Of a stretch of 53,346 nt of DNA, positions 49,934 to 53,346 are shown piece after piece. The stretch is from a bacterium. Lineage in GTDB: Archaea > Thermoplasmatota > Thermoplasmata > Lutacidiplasmatales > UBA184. The DNA is taken from positions 1 to 53,346 of the forward strand of contig DAIDCO010000006.1 in assembly GCA_027309555.1 (NCBI GenBank). The letters run 5' to 3'. The position numbers were made by a program, and so were the translations under genes. How positions within the stretch are numbered: the stretch's first letter is position 1; every line of letters begins with the position of its first letter. The notes beneath the pieces were generated by a model that did no database searches, was not told the DNA's origin, and saw only the letters and a list, made by a program, of their open reading frames with translations.

Positions 49934-51359
49934 CGCCCCGTCGCCTCGCAACGTGCATCGGCTCGCCGAGCCAGAGAAGGGCGGCCTCCCCGAGCGCCTC
50001 GGAGAACGTCGGGTGGGGATGGATCGTCGCGGCGACGTCCCGGACGGTGGCGCCCATCTCGATCGCATGCGCGGCCTCCGCAACGAAATCCCCGACGTGC
50101 TCCCCCGCGGCGTGCACGCCCAGTAACAGTCCGGTCGATTCGTCACCGACGACCTTCACCCATCCCTGCGTTGCGTGACTCGCGTGGGCCCGGCCGAGGG
50201 CCGCGTACGGGAAGCGTGCCTCCTTGGCCCGGTAGCCGCGGGCCTGGGCCTCCGTCGTGGTGAGCCCGACGGACGAGAGCTCGGGCACGGTAAAGACGAC
50301 CGCGGGGATCGCCTGGAAGTCGAATCGGCTCGGGCGCCCGGCGATCGCCTCGGCCGCAACGATACCCTCCCGGTAGGCCTTGTGCGCCATCATGGGCGGG
50401 CGGGCCGCGTCGCCCACGGCGTAGATGTTCGGCTGGCTCGTCCGCAGCTGATCGTCGAGCGTGGGGAATCCGGTCTTACCGTCGAACGCGACCCCCGCTT
50501 CCTCGAGCCCGAGGTCGCGGGTATCGGGTCGCTTGCCGACCGTCACGAAGAGCCGCTCCGCCCGAAGTTCCTCCCGGCCGTGGGGTCCCTCCACCGTCAT
50601 TGCGACCGAGTCGGAGTCCCGGCGCAGCGCCACGGCCTTCGTGCCGACGCGGACCTCCACCCCGAGGGATTCGAGCGCCCGAGTGAGCTCCCGGGAAAGG
50701 TCCGCCTCCACGCCAGGGAGCAGCTGAGGCAGGAGCTCGACGATCGAGACCTCCACGCCGACGCGGGCGAGGAACTCCCCGAGCTCGCAGCCGCTCACGC
50801 CCCCCCCGAGGATGAGCATCGACCGGGGCAGCGATCGGAGCGAGAGGAGCTCCCAGGCGTTGACGACGCGCTCGCCGTCGGTCTCGAACCCGGGGATCGT
50901 CACGTGCACGGCGCCGGTCGCGATGACCGCCTGAGCGAAATCGATCCGTTCGTGGCCCCCGTCGGGCGCCGTGAGGTCCGCCGACCGGGGTCCCGTGAAC
51001 CGAGCCCGGCCGGTGAGCACCGTCGCCCCGGCGGCCTTGAGCAGCGTCGCCACGCCCCCGCGCTCCTTCGCGACGACCTCCTCCTTCCATCGCATCGCGG
51101 AGGCGAGGTCGAATCGGACGTCGGGCGCGACGACCCCGACCTCGGCGCCTTCGGATCGGACCGCCTGGTAGAGGATCGACGCATGGATGAGCGCCTTCGA
51201 CGGGATGCACCCCCGGTTCAGGCATTCCCCGCCGAGCTCGCCTTTCTCGACGAGGAGGACCTTCTTGCCGAGCTGGCCGGCCCGGATCGCCGCCATGTAG
51301 CCCCCCGGACCTCCGCCCAGGACCAGGACCTCGGTCGAGCGAGAGTAGGTGCCCGCCAT
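49917..51359 (-). CDS. lpd: dihydrolipoyl dehydrogenase (E3)
   Basis: 480 aa. FAD loop VLGGGPGGY and redox-active disulfide GGECLNRGCIPSK. The C-terminal interface domain has HPHPTFSE. Confidence 0.95.
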   Translation of the reverse strand: MAGTYSRSTEVLVLGGGPGGYMAAIRAGQLGKKVLLVEKGELGGECLNRGCIPSKALIHASILYQAVRSEGAEVGVVAPDVRFDLASAMRWKEEVVAKERGGVATLLKAAGATVLTGRARFTGPRSADLTAPDGGHERIDFAQAVIATGAVHVTIPGFETDGERVVNAWELLSLRSLPRSMLILGGGVSGCELGEFLARVGVEVSIVELLPQLLPGVEADLSRELTRALESLGVEVRVGTKAVALRRDSDSVAMTVEGPHGREELRAERLFVTVGKRPDTRDLGLEEAGVAFDGKTGFPTLDDQLRTSQPNIYAVGDAARPPMMAHKAYREGIVAAEAIAGRPSRFDFQAIPAVVFTVPELSSVGLTTTEAQARGYRAKEARFPYAALGRAHASHATQGWVKVVGDESTGLLLGVHAAGEHVGDFVAEAAHAIEMGATVRDVAATIHPHPTFSEALGEAALLWLGEPMHVARRRGDEHRP

Positions 51360-51365
51360 CGTGCG

Positions 51366-52427
51366 TCACTCCTCCGTCCGGTCCGCCCGGCGGGGGGTAG
51401 AACGCGGTGAGTAGACCTCTTCGGTCAGCGATTCCGCCCTCGGCGCGGGCGCAGCCTCCGCCGCCTCGGCCGCGGCGCGGACCGCGGCCTCGGCCTCGGA
51501 CCGGATCTCCTCCGCGAGCGCCGCCGAAAGGAGGCCTTCCGCGGTCATCCAGGCCGCCAGGCGGAGGTACGGGTCGTGGCGTCGGCCGCGCTCGGCCCAG
51601 TCGGCGGGCTGGTATCGGGTCGGGTCGTCCGAGCTCGTGTGCGGCGTCATGCGGTAGGTGCGGAACTCGAGCATCGTCGGACCGCGACCCGCGCGGGCGT
51701 CCGCGAGCGCCGCGCGCATCTCTCGGTAGACCTCGAAGAAATCGGTGCCGTCCACGCGACGACCGGGGATCCCGTACGCGGCGGCCTTCGACGCGAGGTT
51801 CGCTACCGCCGTCTGGTGCTCGACCGGCACCGAGATCGCCCATTGGTTGTTCGCGCAGGCGAAGACGACCGGGAGTCGGAAGACGCCGGCGAAGTTGAGC
51901 CCCGCGTGGAAGTCGTTCGAGCTCGTCGCTCCGTCCCCAAAGAAGGCAAGGGCGACGCCGGGGTCCTGCCTCAGCCGCAGCGCGTACGCGAGCCCGACCG
52001 CCTGGGTGATCTGCGTGCCGATCACCGACGACATCGAGACATGGTGCACTTCTCGCGCCGTGGGATGGCAGGGCATCTGACGCCCCCCCGCCGGGTCGAG
52101 GGCGTCGGCGTAGATCGAATGCGCGTAGGTGGAAAGCGAGTAGCCGCGCACGAGCGCGACGAGCGGTTCCCGGAGTCCGGGGAAGACCCAGTCCTCGGGA
52201 GCGCTCGCGAGACCGGTCGCGACGTTCACCGCCTCCTGACCGGTCGCGGCCCCGTAGAACCCGATCCGGCCCTGCCGCTGGAGCGCCTGCATGCGCGCGT
52301 CGAGCGAGCGGCCGATCGTCATCCAGCGGTACGCCGTGAGGAGGGTCTGCTTCCAGTCCTCTCCCAGCAGCGGCGCGACCTCTTCGGCGGTGTGGGGCAA
52401 CGCCTCGACGGTCGGCGGTGCGCTCAT
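51366..52427 (-). CDS. 2-oxoacid dehydrogenase E1 component, alpha subunit
   Basis: 353 aa. TPP-binding FFGDGATSSNDFHAGLNFAGVFRLPVVFACANNQWAIS and YRMTPHTSSDD. Confidence 0.9.
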   Translation of the reverse strand: MSAPPTVEALPHTAEEVAPLLGEDWKQTLLTAYRWMTIGRSLDARMQALQRQGRIGFYGAATGQEAVNVATGLASAPEDWVFPGLREPLVALVRGYSLSTYAHSIYADALDPAGGRQMPCHPTAREVHHVSMSSVIGTQITQAVGLAYALRLRQDPGVALAFFGDGATSSNDFHAGLNFAGVFRLPVVFACANNQWAISVPVEHQTAVANLASKAAAYGIPGRRVDGTDFFEVYREMRAALADARAGRGPTMLEFRTYRMTPHTSSDDPTRYQPADWAERGRRHDPYLRLAAWMTAEGLLSAALAEEIRSEAEAAVRAAAEAAEAAPAPRAESLTEEVYSPRSTPRRADRTEE

Positions 52428-53346
52428 GCGAGCTCGGCGAACAGTTGGTGCGGGTCCTCGAGGTACGCCTTCACGGTCGCGAGGAACTGCGCGCCGTCGA
52501 TCCCGTCGATCACCCGGTGGTCGAGCGAGATCGAGAGGTTCATGAGGTCGGCCGGGCCGATCGTGCCGTCGGCCCGATAGACCGGTCGTCGCTGGATCTT
52601 GTGGACGCCGAGGATGCCGACCTCGGGGTAGTTCAGGATCGGCGTCGCGAGAACGCCGCCCAGCGCCCCGAGACTCGTGATCGTGAACGTGCTCCCCGAA
52701 AGCTCCGCTCGGGTCAGCTTGCCGGCCTTTCCGCGCTCCGCAAGGTCCTGGATCTCTCGAGCGAGCTGGGAGACGCTCTTCTGGTCCGCGTTTCGGACCA
52801 CCGGCACGATGAGACCCTCGGGGGCGGCCGCCGCGATCCCGAGGTGGTAGGCCGAGCGAACGACGAGCTCCTCCCGGGCGTCGTCCATGGTCGCATTGAG
52901 GCGCGGGTGGGCCCGGAGACCGGCCACCACCGCCTTGACGAGGAACGGAAGATAGCTCAGCCGGACCCCTTGCTTTTCGACGTGTTTCGCCATCCGGTCC
53001 CGCAGATGGACGAGTTCGGAGACATCGATCTCCTCGACGTAGGTGAAGTGGGCGGCCCGGTGGGTCGACTCCGTCATGTGCACGAAGATGACCCGTCGGA
53101 TCCCTCGGATCGGAATCCGCTCGCGCACGTCGTTCGCCAAGGGCTCGGGAGCCGCCACGGTCCGCGGGGCGTCCGCGGACCTCGTGGGTTCGACCCCGGG
53201 ACGCACCGCGGTGGCGGGGACCGGCGGGATCGCCTTCGTCCCCGAAGGCGACGCGAGGTCCGCCTCGGTGATTCGCCCCACGGGCCCGCTCCCTCGGACG
53301 TTCGCGAGATCGATCCCTCGCTCTGCCGCGAGTCGCCGCAGATAGG
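52424..53346 (-). CDS. dihydrolipoamide acyltransferase (E2), 5' end outside the window
   Basis: Catalytic domain ending ...SLDHRVIDGIDGAQFL. The frame stays open upstream of the tracked start and reads YLRRLAAERGIDLANVRGSGPVGRITEADL, a peripheral-subunit-binding domain. The lipoyl domain must therefore lie beyond 53346. Confidence 0.9.
   Translation of the reverse strand, partial: YLRRLAAERGIDLANVRGSGPVGRITEADLASPSGTKAIPPVPATAVRPGVEPTRSADAPRTVAAPEPLANDVRERIPIRGIRRVIFVHMTESTHRAAHFTYVEEIDVSELVHLRDRMAKHVEKQGVRLSYLPFLVKAVVAGLRAHPRLNATMDDAREELVVRSAYHLGIAAAAPEGLIVPVVRNADQKSVSQLAREIQDLAERGKAGKLTRAELSGSTFTITSLGALGGVLATPILNYPEVGILGVHKIQRRPVYRADGTIGPADLMNLSISLDHRVIDGIDGAQFLATVKAYLEDPHQLFAELA

Noticed and set aside
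1-53346. CRISPR arrays, rRNA/tRNA genes, transposases, integrases, phage genes
   Set aside because: No regularly spaced repeats, no structured-RNA signatures, and no DDE, tyrosine or serine recombinase-like ORFs were seen on either strand. The window looks like chromosomal metabolic and surface-glycan DNA. Detection was by eye only.

Overview
This is a 53.3 kb, very GC-rich window (GC not computed) that is almost entirely coding. I call about 53 protein genes. By eye I found no rRNA, tRNA, CRISPR array, transposase or integrase.

All family calls rest on motif recognition without tools. Many ORF-track entries are high-GC shadow ORFs, or real genes with spurious N-terminal extensions that I trimmed.

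The organism is probably archaeal. Rare AT-rich TATA-like boxes sit 19-27 nt upstream of many first-in-operon start codons, which suggests leaderless mRNAs. Exported proteins are rich in N-glycosylation sequons and carry N-terminal TM anchors. Internal genes are chained by ATGA/GTGA overlaps. A high-GC bacterium is not excluded.

Content by region:
- **1-4.1 kb:** miscellaneous genes, including a DsbA-like protein, an FMN alpha-hydroxyacid oxidase and a candidate 35-aa basic micro-ORF.
- **4.3-14.9 kb:** a surface-glycan cluster with gmd, an Rmd-like reductase, five glycosyltransferases, a DUF2079-like membrane protein and a GHMP sugar kinase.
- **15-22.6 kb:** a D-2-hydroxyacid dehydrogenase, a benzoylformate-decarboxylase-like TPP enzyme, a Nudix hydrolase, an MFS transporter, a MetE-like protein and a VIT1 transporter.
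- **22.6-44.1 kb (main finding):** an orphan catabolic island with no characterised pathway I can match as a whole.
  - Amide hydrolases: four intact hydantoinase/dihydropyrimidinase-type amidohydrolases, two isochorismatase-type cysteine amidases and an amidohydrolase_2.
  - Organic-acid enzymes: two MmgE/PrpD proteins, a family III CoA-transferase, an isocitrate-lyase/PEP-mutase-family lyase coupled to a LeuC/LeuD-like hydratase, and an acetoacetate-decarboxylase-family protein.
  - Transport: a Liv-type ABC importer whose two ATPase genes are split into separate enzyme operons.
- **44.2-48.3 kb:** two micro-ORFs, a perfect 14-bp palindrome, an HTH-SDR-QueA-like operon in which the QueA-like gene is frameshifted, and a stand-alone HsdR_N-like protein.
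- **48.4-53.3 kb:** a 2-oxoacid dehydrogenase operon in the unusual order E2-E1alpha-E3-LipB-NmrA-like, with E2 running off the window.
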